From NCBI GenBank assembly GCA_900128395.1, contig LT649270.1, forward strand, positions 1-49,847: a DNA stretch of 49,847 bases, given 5' to 3'. Position 1 is the first letter of the stretch. Every line of letters starts with the position of its first letter. The notes beneath the pieces are model-generated. The model had not been told where the DNA came from. It made no database searches and saw only the letters and a program-made list of their open reading frames with translations. The position numbers and the translations under genes were made by a program. Shown in pieces: positions 23,901 to 34,338 of this stretch. This DNA comes from Stramenopiles sp. TOSAG23-2. Its lineage: Eukaryota.

Positions 23901-26258
23901 GGAGATTTACTAATTTCTGTTAATGGTAAATATTTATCAACTATTGATGCCAATGTTCATATTGGAAAAATGCAAGAACATAATGCAAAATTATTAGCTG
24001 CAACAAATGTTATCAGGTCTTTAGAAGCACCATTAAGTATAGTATGTGAACGACCGTTCTACAGTACTACTATCAGTGGTGATCTTAATGCTTATGACGG
24101 TGATTCGTCCCACAGAGTATTTGCTGGGCATGTATTTCAACATTTTAAATCGTCAAATTCTACTGGTTTGATGCCTTCGTATGACCAAGTCATTGCCGCG
24201 GAAACAAAGATTGAAAGCATCCTAGCACAAGGATCCAACGCTTGTATTGTTCAATTGTGTACGTTCACCCAGGTAGAATTTGCTTTAAGGGATTTGAAAT
24301 TATGGAATTATGCTGAAAAATGTGAAATGCTAGCTGCATCTGCTGCTCTTTCCATCATGACGTCTAGTTGCACTAAAGCATTAGCAGTCCGATTGGCTGG
24401 GTCTATAGATATTAAGTTTCGACAAAATCAATATTATTCTAATCGTCCTCAACCGTCTAGATCACATAGATTTTATCGCTTTTTATATTGGTGTTGCAAG
24501 TTTCATTCTAAAGCAACAACGTTTGGCAAACACTTTTTAAAAATTTTAGTTTTTAAACATAGTTGTATTGGTGACTTATTCGATATTAATTCTGAAAACA
24601 AATGTTTAAATGGTTCTGCAAAGATGGGATTTGATATTAATCTTACGCAAAAGAGGTTAAAGAAAGAAAGAACTATGATTCAAAAAGCTTTTTGTTTAGA
24701 GAAATTTGATATAGACATGGTTAAAATTTTATTCGCTAGTAGCGAAACCTTGCAAGAAAAGGTATATACTTCACTTCTTTTACAGATTCGTAACTATGAT
24801 GCATATTTGGCTAGAAGCAAGAAACCTTCTGTATTGGTCGGGGATATGCGAAAGACAATTGTCACTGGCGTGTTAAATAAGTTAAAGCCAATTGCACTAT
24901 CGCAGTCAGTATATGAGCTTAAGAGGTTTACGGAGACATGGAAAGTTCTACCAACTAGTCTCCAAAACGATCCTGAATTGAATTTTTTACATATATGCGT
25001 ATTGTTTATGAAAGAGTTAAGAAGCAGAGGTCCAGGCAAAGAAAAGCAGCATAGTTGTAATCCGAGTGCTGGGTGCCAACATAATCTCAAAAATGCGTGG
25101 TCGAATCTTTGGGATAGATTTTCAAAAGCATCTTCCATTTCAATCCAAGTTAAGAAGCAAAGATTAGATGAAATTTTAATTAAATTGTTCAAAACATTAG
25201 ATGATAGAAACTATATGTCAAAGATTAGCGAAAACTTAACATTTAAATGCTTAATATGCCAATATAACAAGGATGCATTTGAGATATATATGAAAAATTT
25301 GTTCATCGCAAAAGATAAATACGGCATAGAGATTGAGCATTTTATACGATCTTTATTAGTTTTTCCCAAGCAAGTAAAATTGATTCCCGGCTATCCAGTG
25401 TCTAATGTAAAAACTATTAGACTTAGTGCTTTGCTTGGTAACCAACAGACGTATGAGTGTAATTCGTATTTTGAATACAATAAGAACCACATTGCAACAA
25501 GGAACAAACTTAATTTTATTGCCAGTGTATTGAAAAATGAAAATAACATTTTTTCGGATGCTCAACAGCAGGTAATCTTCAAAGAGTTTCTCCCCTTCAT
25601 TAAATTTTTTATGAAAGATAAGCGTATCAAACTTGTTCTTGATAGCATATGGAAAGTCCTAGTTGAAGCGAGAAAACGCAAAACAGCATGGTTGAACAAA
25701 ATTGGTACTAATATTTATAAACATATTGTGAAAATGAAGGAAAAACAATTGACTTCAAAACTCGTGAAAAGACTTTGTTTACCAACGTTTAAGGCATTAA
25801 AAGACCACAGGAAAAATGAGCGTAAAAGAAAAGGCATATATCAAGTAAAGGTACAAATGCAACGGGATACATCTTCAAACCCTGCATACCTATATAAAAT
25901 GAATCTTTCATTGGCAGAAATTTGTTGCAAAACTATTGATCCAAAGACGAAAACGAATTTTTTCGTTCTTGCTGTTGAGAAAAAAATGCCTGGATTTGCG
26001 TTGAAAAGTCAAGCCTATAAATTTGATCCTTCCTATTCGTCAACTATTTTTTCGCCGGGTGTTAATCGCTCAGTAAAAATGGGTGATGTGCTTTATAAAA
26101 TCAATGCAAAAGTAGTTATAGGCAAAAGCATGGCGGAAGTATTAAAAATATTAAAAGCTGAAATCTTAAAGAAAAGATACGACATGTATGGCGGTTTTCC
26201 TTGTACTTTTGTTAGAAAGTTTGAAGATAAATCGGAGTTTTTTGATTGCCAGAAATAA
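20967..26258 (+). CDS. Large multidomain protein with a Tudor-like domain, a Cys/His-rich RIN13-like domain and two PDZ-like domains
   Basis: Open frame of over 1700 aa with the first ATG at 20967. Motifs: IGACFDKRFIGYGTWTATI...Y.DGYTEH (PTM/DIR17-type Tudor-like), LPHARKDCP...CCDKCYCMICE...C..W...HC, KIKPGDLLISVNG and VKMGDVLYKIN. NLS-like basic tracts are present. Confidence 0.75.
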   Translation: MSTTTPITQSKRKRRTRGQEAREREEKRQKIADTVEGQNLIGACFDKRFIGYGTWTATIDEFNSSTKLYTCRYVDGYTEHHTRQALRKYGLFRPKDGEVVEPNTNPDEHPALYVPRSQGGTGLSNSNSDSTPVAPVTTSNDTATSSSSTTTTTTSASSSSSGTTATTTTNNNNNNNSNSDSIPTASLANAQRNNEILLSDSDDEKNDENGDDVVILSSTSNNNNNNSGVVVDLTSDNDDDGATARTAATTTTTTTTTTTSAKKRKATSKPKARKKGKGSTAVDKDDLVDVKPEPVAFGMADIPPDVIELSEADFYGPEEWAKMQYAKTGINSASNSKVSSKKSKSKNNNNNDDDDDIVFISSTDNTSSYELPHARKDCPVHKYQPHFRTQDFETVDRDTPAQKKKRRLQNMKCCDKCYCMICETPAKECKWWSIATKPHCIAVLKGFDSNYWKEQKVVLSNIFLRTQGTLSANAKSDMRETISSVKRIFDKYHKGEEVYEYDDDSDDDYGFFGFLRGRSRRFDHVSHDFDNVVYACEEYIRKIENSFRNYHMSETQSTIVHGIAILDAMTEQIGRQTWSPLQNEVSCSDDKWDKNAEKKYEKLVLKLGKQWFRIIKPDFYKTESEKKKSSTSSAIAKVPVGKCLLSTSNLSVRLNMMPPHCKHAVSKLGLNIHFQNRTSSKLKCAHPSCKIQYTKYQYKDVTPNSGEQMRARQMAYVAGKTEIVVKQELLDRLKLRLKDLLNVTKTASMRDMIQALLFDTSALDVIKRGEFAPYRAPGNSSVIPEFYTSIALEQGRVQFAIQQILASRKSSMSLIFSNFSCMTKFRRYWDFVTAGCLARELSVKDTGHIKRALQRRSPSVPPATLEVAEYLMGLRLFFGKMTERHDKANAANTINLINEGGTRGSGSSNSSNSSSNDNNDNNSNGKGQAMELSATFKQKRLGLEIYAGPFGRVYVTKKAEGFTSNEPSDHDARGKIKPGDLLISVNGKYLSTIDANVHIGKMQEHNAKLLAATNVIRSLEAPLSIVCERPFYSTTISGDLNAYDGDSSHRVFAGHVFQHFKSSNSTGLMPSYDQVIAAETKIESILAQGSNACIVQLCTFTQVEFALRDLKLWNYAEKCEMLAASAALSIMTSSCTKALAVRLAGSIDIKFRQNQYYSNRPQPSRSHRFYRFLYWCCKFHSKATTFGKHFLKILVFKHSCIGDLFDINSENKCLNGSAKMGFDINLTQKRLKKERTMIQKAFCLEKFDIDMVKILFASSETLQEKVYTSLLLQIRNYDAYLARSKKPSVLVGDMRKTIVTGVLNKLKPIALSQSVYELKRFTETWKVLPTSLQNDPELNFLHICVLFMKELRSRGPGKEKQHSCNPSAGCQHNLKNAWSNLWDRFSKASSISIQVKKQRLDEILIKLFKTLDDRNYMSKISENLTFKCLICQYNKDAFEIYMKNLFIAKDKYGIEIEHFIRSLLVFPKQVKLIPGYPVSNVKTIRLSALLGNQQTYECNSYFEYNKNHIATRNKLNFIASVLKNENNIFSDAQQQVIFKEFLPFIKFFMKDKRIKLVLDSIWKVLVEARKRKTAWLNKIGTNIYKHIVKMKEKQLTSKLVKRLCLPTFKALKDHRKNERKRKGIYQVKVQMQRDTSSNPAYLYKMNLSLAEICCKTIDPKTKTNFFVLAVEKKMPGFALKSQAYKFDPSYSSTIFSPGVNRSVKMGDVLYKINAKVVIGKSMAEVLKILKAEILKKRYDMYGGFPCTFVRKFEDKSEFFDCQK

Positions 26259-26748
26259 AACCAAATTTTTTCTCGAATCGAATATTAATATTTAATATAT
26301 ATGATATGGAGTGTGACCACAGGCCACAGTGTGATGATACACTTCAACATTCAAATAAAAGAAAAGCCCTGTTGACGTTATGATATGATTTTATAATACA
26401 CATATAATAAATATATATCTGTATTGAGCGTAGTATTTTCCACGGAAAGAAAAAATATTATATAATACAAAGTAATAACTCTTTAGAGTTTTTAACCGAG
26501 CGGGTTTACCATCAATTTTTTTATATATCATGAGTAAGAGAAAAACACATATATATTGATATATTATATGATATGATATCTGGATCATAATGACATGTAT
26601 GATAAAATGGTGTATCATAATTTTTTACAAACATGTAAAAATTACAGATTTAATAATAATATATAATCTCAGCTCTTGTCGTCTCTCTCTCTCCCCTGCT
26701 GTCTCTTTCTCTTTGTATCTCTGTACATACTCTTTTTTGTACTTCTTT

Positions 26749-27673
26749 TTACTGATCCAAAGTAGCCCATCCTTTTTCAGGGCGATTAATAGGCAGTGGT
26801 AATATGGAATGAATACCATACGTGTCGTGGAATCGATATGGCTTCCCTTGTGCCTTCAATATTGCAGCTTCAACTAATTCCATTCTATCATTACCCCAAT
26901 GCATTTGTGTTTCAAAATTACTTTTACTATTACTTATGAAAATTGATGGAGAGCCAAATCCACCACGTCGAATCACCTCTTCTGTATTTTCGCGTAACTT
27001 TTTTTTAATGTTTTGATCACTTTTACAGCGTTCCAAAAATATTTCAGGTTTAATTTTCAGATTGGCTGCTTTATGCATATCAAGAAGAACATCGTCATCA
27101 TTTACATCAACTAACGTACCCCAATAAGCGTCAAAGGATACGAAACTGAAACGAATCATTGCGTCTTGGCCTTCCTCTAATGCAATTAATGCCCCCCGTA
27201 ACATTTTAACTGAACTGATCGGGTGACCTGGGGCCCCACTCTTTGTACGGGCGTTAAAACGTTGACTCATTGAATTTATATTTAAACCCATGCTGTGAAA
27301 CGTAGTTTATATTATGTATACTTTGTTAGAAGGAATTACTTTCAAGGATTATTTGAGTTTAGCGCCTTACTTACTAATCTGCCCAGCTTTTCAAATCAGA
27401 GCCACCCCAAACTTCTTTTGCAGATGGTTTCCCTCTTTCCGCCTTTGGCTTTGATTTATCCGATTTAGCCATCATACGATCTCTTGCGGCATATAATCCT
27501 TTGTTTGCTACATTAAAGACCCCACCAACTAACATTGGTATTAATATTAAAGAAGCATTATGTTTTTTGCACACTTCACGAATCCTTGCAAAAGCCAAGT
27601 ATGTCCAAGGAGATGACGTATCATAAAAAAATTCAACTTTTACTTGTTGGCTATTTAATTGAACCCGTGACAT
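26749..27673 (-). CDS. DsbA-fold 2-hydroxychromene-2-carboxylate isomerase / GST-kappa family protein, 2 exons, 280 aa
   Basis: Motifs VEFFYDTSSPWTYLA, PMLVGGVF, GGFGSPSIF and WGNDRM. An 82 bp intron at 27293-27374 (GTAAGT...CTAAC...CAG) joins the two ORFs in phase 2 (TA|C). Confidence 0.88.
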
Positions 27674-27860
27674 ATTTTTATATTCGTAGAATCGTATTGT
27701 TTCTTTATTGTTATGTGATATAATATATTGTATGATTGTTTATTATTGTTCTACTTTAACAATTCATTCTTCATCACATGTATTATTATTAGGTTTTAGA
27801 GGTTGTACTGTTGTACTGTGGTGAATTGGAGTATCTTTTGTTGTATCTGCTGGTATTATC

Positions 27861-27898
27861 ATGGTAGCGCTACCATAACCATAGCTACCAGCCGCCAG
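27861..27898. promoter_or_regulatory. 16 bp palindrome plus AGCCGCCAG motif in a divergent promoter
   Basis: ATGGTAGCGCTACCAT (27861-27876) is a perfect palindrome. AGCCGCCAG (27890-27898) recurs at 31506-31514 in the next divergent intergenic region. Confidence 0.3.
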
Positions 27899-28131
27899 CT
27901 ATAACCCGATGGTGATGCTCTGCGATGTGCTGTGTTAAATAAATTGGATATTACATATAGAGACCATATAGTTAGGACATACATATATACATTATAGATA
28001 TTATTATTATTATTACAGTAGTGCAGCACATATATTGTGTGACTATAATTGGTAGCGATCGATAAAATACAAGAGAGAAAAAAGAATTGATACATCATAG
28101 ATTTTAAAGAATAGATTGTTAAACAAAGAAA

Positions 28132-29199
28132 ATGGCAGAGAAAAACATGGTACGGGTTATCTCCCAACAAGATGTAAAAAAATGTATTCAAATGAAAGAA
28201 GCTATTGAATTACAACGAAAAGCTTTTCAAGCATTATCACCATCAACAAAATCAGTTATACCAGAAAGAATATTACTTTCTGTACCTAATGAAGGAATTA
28301 CATTGTTTAAACCAGCATATTTTGAGGAGAATAATAATAATAGTAAGGACAACGTACGCGTCTTAGGATGTAAAATTGTTTCTGTTAGAGCGAAAAATAG
28401 CAATTTAGAATTACCCACTGTACCTGGTTCCATTATCTTATTTGATGTACAAACTGGTGTTACAAAAGGTTTGATGGATGCTGAATATTTAACAGGATTA
28501 CGAACAGCTGCTGGCTCTGGCGTTTTTACAGATATATTTGCAAATGAAAATGCTACTAATCTTGTGATTTTTGGCGCTGGTTTACAAGCAGAAGAACATT
28601 TTAAAGCTGTTATGGAAGTGAGAAAATCAATCAAACAAGTTACTATAATAAATAGGACGGAAGAAAGAGCAAAAACATTAATACAAAAATTGGAAAAAAT
28701 AAATAATGTCCTTGCATATTCTTTCTGTTTATTAACTAATGAAAATGCTGTAAAAGAGGCATTATCTAATGTTGATATCATTTGTTGTTGTACTAATACA
28801 TCTAAACCATTGTTTCAATCAGAATGGATTGATGATAATGAAAGACATATTCATATTAATGCTATTGGTTCCTATCAGTCTACAATGCAAGAAGTTCCAG
28901 ATGGAGTTATTAAAAAAATTATAAATGAAGGAATTCTTGTGTGTGACAGTAAGGAAGCGTTTAATGTTGGTGAATTTAAAAATGTTTCAAAAGAACAATT
29001 GGAAAACGTCTATGTTGCTTGTGATGTTTTAACAATAAACAAAGAAGAAGATATTAATAATAATGCTTCTAATGACAAAAATAAGAAAAAAATTACAATG
29101 TTTAAATCTGTTGGTACTTCTATACAAGATGTAGTAACAAGTGGAGCAGTCTTTCAAAATGCCGAAGAGTTAAATGTGGGTACGCTTTGTCCTTTGTAA
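28132..29199 (+). CDS. Ornithine cyclodeaminase / mu-crystallin family (imine/ketimine reductase-like)
   Basis: Motifs GCKIVSV...N...LPTVPG.I.LFD..TG, LTGLRTAAGS, FGAGLQA (NAD(P) binding), HINAIGS and FKSVGTSIQD. Confidence 0.92.
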   Translation: MAEKNMVRVISQQDVKKCIQMKEAIELQRKAFQALSPSTKSVIPERILLSVPNEGITLFKPAYFEENNNNSKDNVRVLGCKIVSVRAKNSNLELPTVPGSIILFDVQTGVTKGLMDAEYLTGLRTAAGSGVFTDIFANENATNLVIFGAGLQAEEHFKAVMEVRKSIKQVTIINRTEERAKTLIQKLEKINNVLAYSFCLLTNENAVKEALSNVDIICCCTNTSKPLFQSEWIDDNERHIHINAIGSYQSTMQEVPDGVIKKIINEGILVCDSKEAFNVGEFKNVSKEQLENVYVACDVLTINKEEDINNNASNDKNKKKITMFKSVGTSIQDVVTSGAVFQNAEELNVGTLCPL

Positions 29200-29758
29200 A
29201 AAAAGAAAAAATATATATGATAAGCATACGTCGTAAATGTTAAATCTCGTGCACGAAGTATTTCTTAATTTTTTAAAATCTCATACACGAGTATTTGGAT
29301 ATGTGGTTATACTTTTGTATTAGTGATTGTATTAATATATAAATATATACGCGTATGATATTTTTTATAATACGAGCGTATGTACTCTTATACAGTCGTA
29401 ATATATAAGATATACTTTCTCGTACGAACCGTATTTATTTTATTTCTAGATAAAAATTTTTACGTTCGTAAAATATATATATGTAAAAATATGACACGCA
29501 CATTTCTTTCAACACACAAAATATAATGATATAAAGATATGCATATACAACGAATTAACCTGCGCTATTAAAATATTGTTGTATGCATATCATAACTTGA
29601 TATATACTATTAAAAATAGAAACGTACAGCAAAACTTTTTCTGTTCACTTTTTTAAACACAGAGTGTGGTGTGATAAAATATTGTGTAAAATTGCGAAAC
29701 TGTATTTTTATAGCAACCCTATACCACTAATGAGAAATGTAGACAATTTAATTGATGC

Positions 29759-31036
29759 TTATCGATGCATATGATCATAAAAATGATTCAATGCACTCAA
29801 ACAATCTTGTTCGGATTCTTTCTTTTTAGATGTATTTCCTCTACACGGTTGTGAGTTTGCTTTCATTTTCCATGATCCATTTGCTGCTTTGTAAAACGTG
29901 CAAATAATATACCCAACGAATGCACCAAAATTAGCTAAAGCATAACGGTGTGTCTCTACATTTCCCTGATTGAGCAATCGGACATATGCATTTTTAATTC
30001 CGGTGAATTTATCACCATCATAAGAATTAGCTAACACCATGCAATAGGATACATTCATTGGCAATCTTGTAAAATCAATAACAATACTTTCATCATCGCC
30101 ATCCCCTTCACCTGTGCGGTTATCGCCGCTATGTCGAACAGCCCCATTGAATAATACTTTCCTACCAAAGAAACATGTATCTAAACATCTGTAATTTGCA
30201 TCGTAACATTTAACAGATGCATCCAAGTCAATAGCTTTACTAACCATATCCCATCCACAACCAACAGTACATTGTGTACCAGAAATTTGTAATGATTCAC
30301 CTTTTGTCAATATTAATGATTTTGGTGGTTTACGTACTTCAATACCTGGAATTATATCTTCGGACAATCCTTGGCATTCAGGTATTAACCCGGCAAAACA
30401 ATTTTCATTTCCAGTAGCACAAATATTGTTGAAATACCATCGATTATCTTGCGAATATGCACGTGCTGCAATGATAGAAGTAGCTGTTCTAGATTCACAT
30501 GCCATACTGCAATTATGAATTTCAACTGGTTTACCAAGATTGGCAACTACACGGCAAGTTGCAGTTTTCACATTGCGAAAGGAATCCCCATTGAACGAAT
30601 TGACTACAAAGTATACGACAGCAATACCTTGTTGCTTCAAACCATCTAAATCAATCTCAATCACTTCATCATCCCCTTCTCCTTTCCCGTCTCTGTTATC
30701 ACCATGATGCAAAATTGCTCTTGCAAACGGTCTCATTTCAGCAAAGTAGCAAGCGCCTTTAAAACGTCCTTCTGCATCTAAACAAATTGCACTTAAGTCC
30801 AAATCAGTATCTCCTTTGCCATCACCATCTTTGTCTGCGAAATCCCATGATAACCCAATGCGATAGTCATGTCCACTGGAACCATCAGTCGTCAACTCTT
30901 CCTTTGTTTCAGATAAATCTTTTCCCTTGACTTCTGCAATACTCACGGTTTTTGCTTGGATTGGTACTGCGTTTACGACAATATTGCTTGCCCCATAATT
31001 GGTAATAGGCACTGCATTTACAACAATTTGTGCCAT
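29759..31036 (-). CDS. Tandem TerD-domain protein (TerD/TerZ, CABP1-like)
   Basis: Two domains, each with GLSWD/GCGWD, DLDLSA/DLDAS and H.GDNR.G.G.GDDE.I.ID motifs. Confidence 0.92.
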   Translation of the reverse strand: MAQIVVNAVPITNYGASNIVVNAVPIQAKTVSIAEVKGKDLSETKEELTTDGSSGHDYRIGLSWDFADKDGDGKGDTDLDLSAICLDAEGRFKGACYFAEMRPFARAILHHGDNRDGKGEGDDEVIEIDLDGLKQQGIAVVYFVVNSFNGDSFRNVKTATCRVVANLGKPVEIHNCSMACESRTATSIIAARAYSQDNRWYFNNICATGNENCFAGLIPECQGLSEDIIPGIEVRKPPKSLILTKGESLQISGTQCTVGCGWDMVSKAIDLDASVKCYDANYRCLDTCFFGRKVLFNGAVRHSGDNRTGEGDGDDESIVIDFTRLPMNVSYCMVLANSYDGDKFTGIKNAYVRLLNQGNVETHRYALANFGAFVGYIICTFYKAANGSWKMKANSQPCRGNTSKKKESEQDCLSALNHFYDHMHR

Positions 31037-31755
31037 CGTGATAATATTGTATGTGTATTATATTGTTTGATATTTAATATGTTTCTTTTTTTGTTTTATT
31101 TGGTATCTACCATGTATGATATGTGTTTCTCTCTCTCTCTCTATCTATATATTGTATCTATCAATCTATCTCACTATGTGCCTATGTACATATTATAATA
31201 TCTTTGCAAGTGTGTTTTGCCCCCCCGGGCCAGCGGGCCAACTTTATCCATGTAACAGGTTTATAGCATTGTATTGGAAACAAGATCGGATATATTACAA
31301 CATATCAATTTGTAGAAAATATTATTAGAAATTATAGATAAAATATTATTAGTCTTTACATTTACAATACAATTATTATGTGTTAAAATATTAAAAAATG
31401 ATTATATTAATATCTATATTTTTATTAAATTATCTGGAAATAATGGTCCTAAAAAAATATAATAAATGATTGCCGGCTGGCGGTGATGGCTGGATGTACT
31501 CGATAAGCCGCCAGTTGTATTGTATGTTGTATGTAAGAGCACATCATAAAACAACAACAAGCACATAAATATGACTTAAATAATAAATTTAAATTTATAT
31601 AGAATCTAACGTAGTAATTATAGAATAATAATAGCTAATTAACCGCTGCCACAAGAAAAAGAAGATTGACAAAGTATACATACCTACTATCAGAGGAGAA
31701 GTGGAGAGTCAATAATCATACAGAAATATAAAGATTTATACTAAACAACAACAAC

Positions 31756-33060
31756 ATGTCATCTTATTGGAAACGTTGTATTGTTTCATCGACTATATTA
31801 ATTACGATACTTGGAATTATTTTAAAATATGTTGATGTTGCCACTTCCATATATTTTAGATTAATTATTTGGAATTGCATTGTATCATTTGTTGGATACG
31901 CACTTACTGTATATGCCATACCAAGAGCAAAACTCAAATTTCCACCATGTTTACAAGGGCGGGATTTAGGACGTAAAGGGACACCGGATGAAAATACACC
32001 AGTCCCTGAAGGTGTTGGAATTATTTCCGGTGCCATGTTTTTGGTTTGTTTAATTTTATGTCAATTATTTTATGCATATCATAATAAAGTAAACGAACAA
32101 GAAAGTATTATGCAATATTATGCTGCATTATTGACCATATGTTTCGGTTTACTATTAGGGTTTTGCGACGATGTGTTAGATATACCACATAGATATAAAT
32201 ATGTCATACCAGCAATTGCATCATTACCATTATTAGTTTCATACCAAGGTGTGACTGATATTGTCATGCCAAAACCATTGAGATTTTTAATTGTTGGGGA
32301 AGGTAATGAATTAACCTTTCTTGGTGTGGCATTGGATTTTTTAGCACCTGTGGATAGAGCATCGAATGGTGCAATTGTTAAGCTAGGACTTTTTTATCAT
32401 TTATATATGCTTTTATTAAGTGTATTTTGTACCAATGCAATCAATATTTATGCAGGAATTAATGGTTTAGAAGCTGGACAATCTGTTATTATTGGCCTTG
32501 CCATCATAGCAATGAATTGTTTAGAATTAAGTCATGAAGGGGACCCGGTTGTATTTACTGGTAACGATGAGCAACATTTAATGTCATTAATTATTATGAT
32601 ACCATTTGTTGCAACAACATTAGGTTTGTTATCTTTAAATTGGTGGCCGGCACGTATATTTGTTGGAGATACGTTTACACATTTTGCTGGTATGACATTT
32701 GCAGTTGCAGCTATTTTAGGACATTTTAGTAAAACATTACTATTATTATTTGTCCCACAAATATTAAATTTTTTATATTCCTTGCCACAATTAACACGTA
32801 TTATAAAATTGCCACGACATCGTTTGCCAACATTTAATCCTAAAACTGGTTTAATGCACCCATCACGTTTAAACGATAGAAAGAAAATCACTGAGGAAGG
32901 TGAATATAATTATGTAAATTTGACGCTAATCAATTTAATGTTACAAATTTTTGGTCCATTACGTGAAGATACATTATGTATTTATTTACTAATTTTTCAA
33001 ATTATTTGTTGTTCATTGGGTTTGATTTTCAGATATGGTGTTGCAGGTTATGTTTATTGA
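31756..33060 (+). CDS. DPAGT1: UDP-GlcNAc:dolichyl-phosphate GlcNAc-1-phosphate transferase
   Basis: Multi-TM protein with LGFCDDVLD, FCTNAINIYAGINGLEAGQ, FVGDTF, GHFSKTLLLLF.PQ..NFLYS.PQL, PRHRLP and NLTLINL. Confidence 0.96.
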   Translation: MSSYWKRCIVSSTILITILGIILKYVDVATSIYFRLIIWNCIVSFVGYALTVYAIPRAKLKFPPCLQGRDLGRKGTPDENTPVPEGVGIISGAMFLVCLILCQLFYAYHNKVNEQESIMQYYAALLTICFGLLLGFCDDVLDIPHRYKYVIPAIASLPLLVSYQGVTDIVMPKPLRFLIVGEGNELTFLGVALDFLAPVDRASNGAIVKLGLFYHLYMLLLSVFCTNAINIYAGINGLEAGQSVIIGLAIIAMNCLELSHEGDPVVFTGNDEQHLMSLIIMIPFVATTLGLLSLNWWPARIFVGDTFTHFAGMTFAVAAILGHFSKTLLLLFVPQILNFLYSLPQLTRIIKLPRHRLPTFNPKTGLMHPSRLNDRKKITEEGEYNYVNLTLINLMLQIFGPLREDTLCIYLLIFQIICCSLGLIFRYGVAGYVY

Positions 33061-33505
33061 AATATATATGCATACGAGTATAAAATTACGTAATCGATCA
33101 TATATCTTTGAATAGTAGTGTAGTTTGATGAAGTGCCGAGTAGAGAGAGAGAGAGAGTCTATGTGTGTTGTAACATACTCGTACATTTTTAAATTAGCTA
33201 GCTAGTGGTGAGGCAACTTAGAGAATTTTGCGAAATCTTGATCCTTTTTCACAAGAACTCATTAATTATTAAAATATTTTTTTTAGTAATCCGTGTGATG
33301 TGAATGGCTGCAGAGATGAGATCACATTGAAAGAAATGGTGCAGAGGGAAAAGGAGGGAAGTAAAAATGTGAAAATATATGACACGAAGTTCGTAATATT
33401 TTTTTTTAAATTTAAGTGCTCTAATTTTACGAGAGAGAAGAAAAAATTAATCTCTCTCTCCTTCTATTTCTCTCCTCTCCACCTCGCACTTAAGAAAAAA
33501 CACAA

Positions 33506-33760
33506 TCAAAAATGATGACTCAATTCAATATGTTGATCGGAATGAGATTGAATTTCATTCGTTTGTTGCATTTCACTTTCACGTTCTTTACTATTTTCTA
33601 CATACGTATTATAATCATTTATACATTTCAATGCTTCCTGTCTCATCTTCATGCTTAATTTCCTTAAATTACGAAGGCATATCTCTTGCTTTTCTTTCAT
33701 CCTTTTCAATTTATATTTTTCTTTCTTATTATGTAAATGTAACAAATCATTTTTTTTCAT
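33506..33760 (-). CDS. Small basic coiled-coil protein, hypothetical
   Basis: 84 aa ORF with an ATG start, coding-like K/E/Q-rich composition and AT-rich flanks. No recognisable domain. Confidence 0.35.
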   Translation of the reverse strand: MKKNDLLHLHNKKEKYKLKRMKEKQEICLRNLRKLSMKMRQEALKCINDYNTYVENSKERESEMQQTNEIQSHSDQHIELSHHF

Positions 33761-34338
33761 AACAAAGTTAAACAGCGAATGATTCTTTCAAAGCAAAGAA
33801 TAAAAATGAAATTTTGTATTTTAATAATAATAATGATATATATCTTCAATGATGACTGATTGTTTGATATCGTCTTCTATTATTATATTTGTTGTAAAGA
33901 TCTAGTACATGAAGGTCATATGTACATATATATAAAATGTACAAGACTATATAGAATATATATACACCTGTAATATGTCGATCGTCCCCCCTTTTTGACA
34001 TGTAAGAATCTCTGCTATATACCGCTTACCTGTGTATACCTGGTCCCGAAACATACTTGTATTAGTCTAAGTCGTCTTATAATGCTATATACAGCTAGGT
34101 GTTGGGAGATAGTATACAGTTATATAGGGTACGTAGTATATGATAAATATATATATCTGTTATTCTTTTTATTATTCTTCTTGCGCTCTTATAAAATGAG
34201 ATATCTATGTACATATATATGTACATATATGTGTGTGTCATATATATTCTCTCTCTTTCTCTAAATATGTGGACATATGGAAGTACATAGAAATATATAC
34301 CACATATTACAACAGTAACAAAACACCTAAAACGAAAC

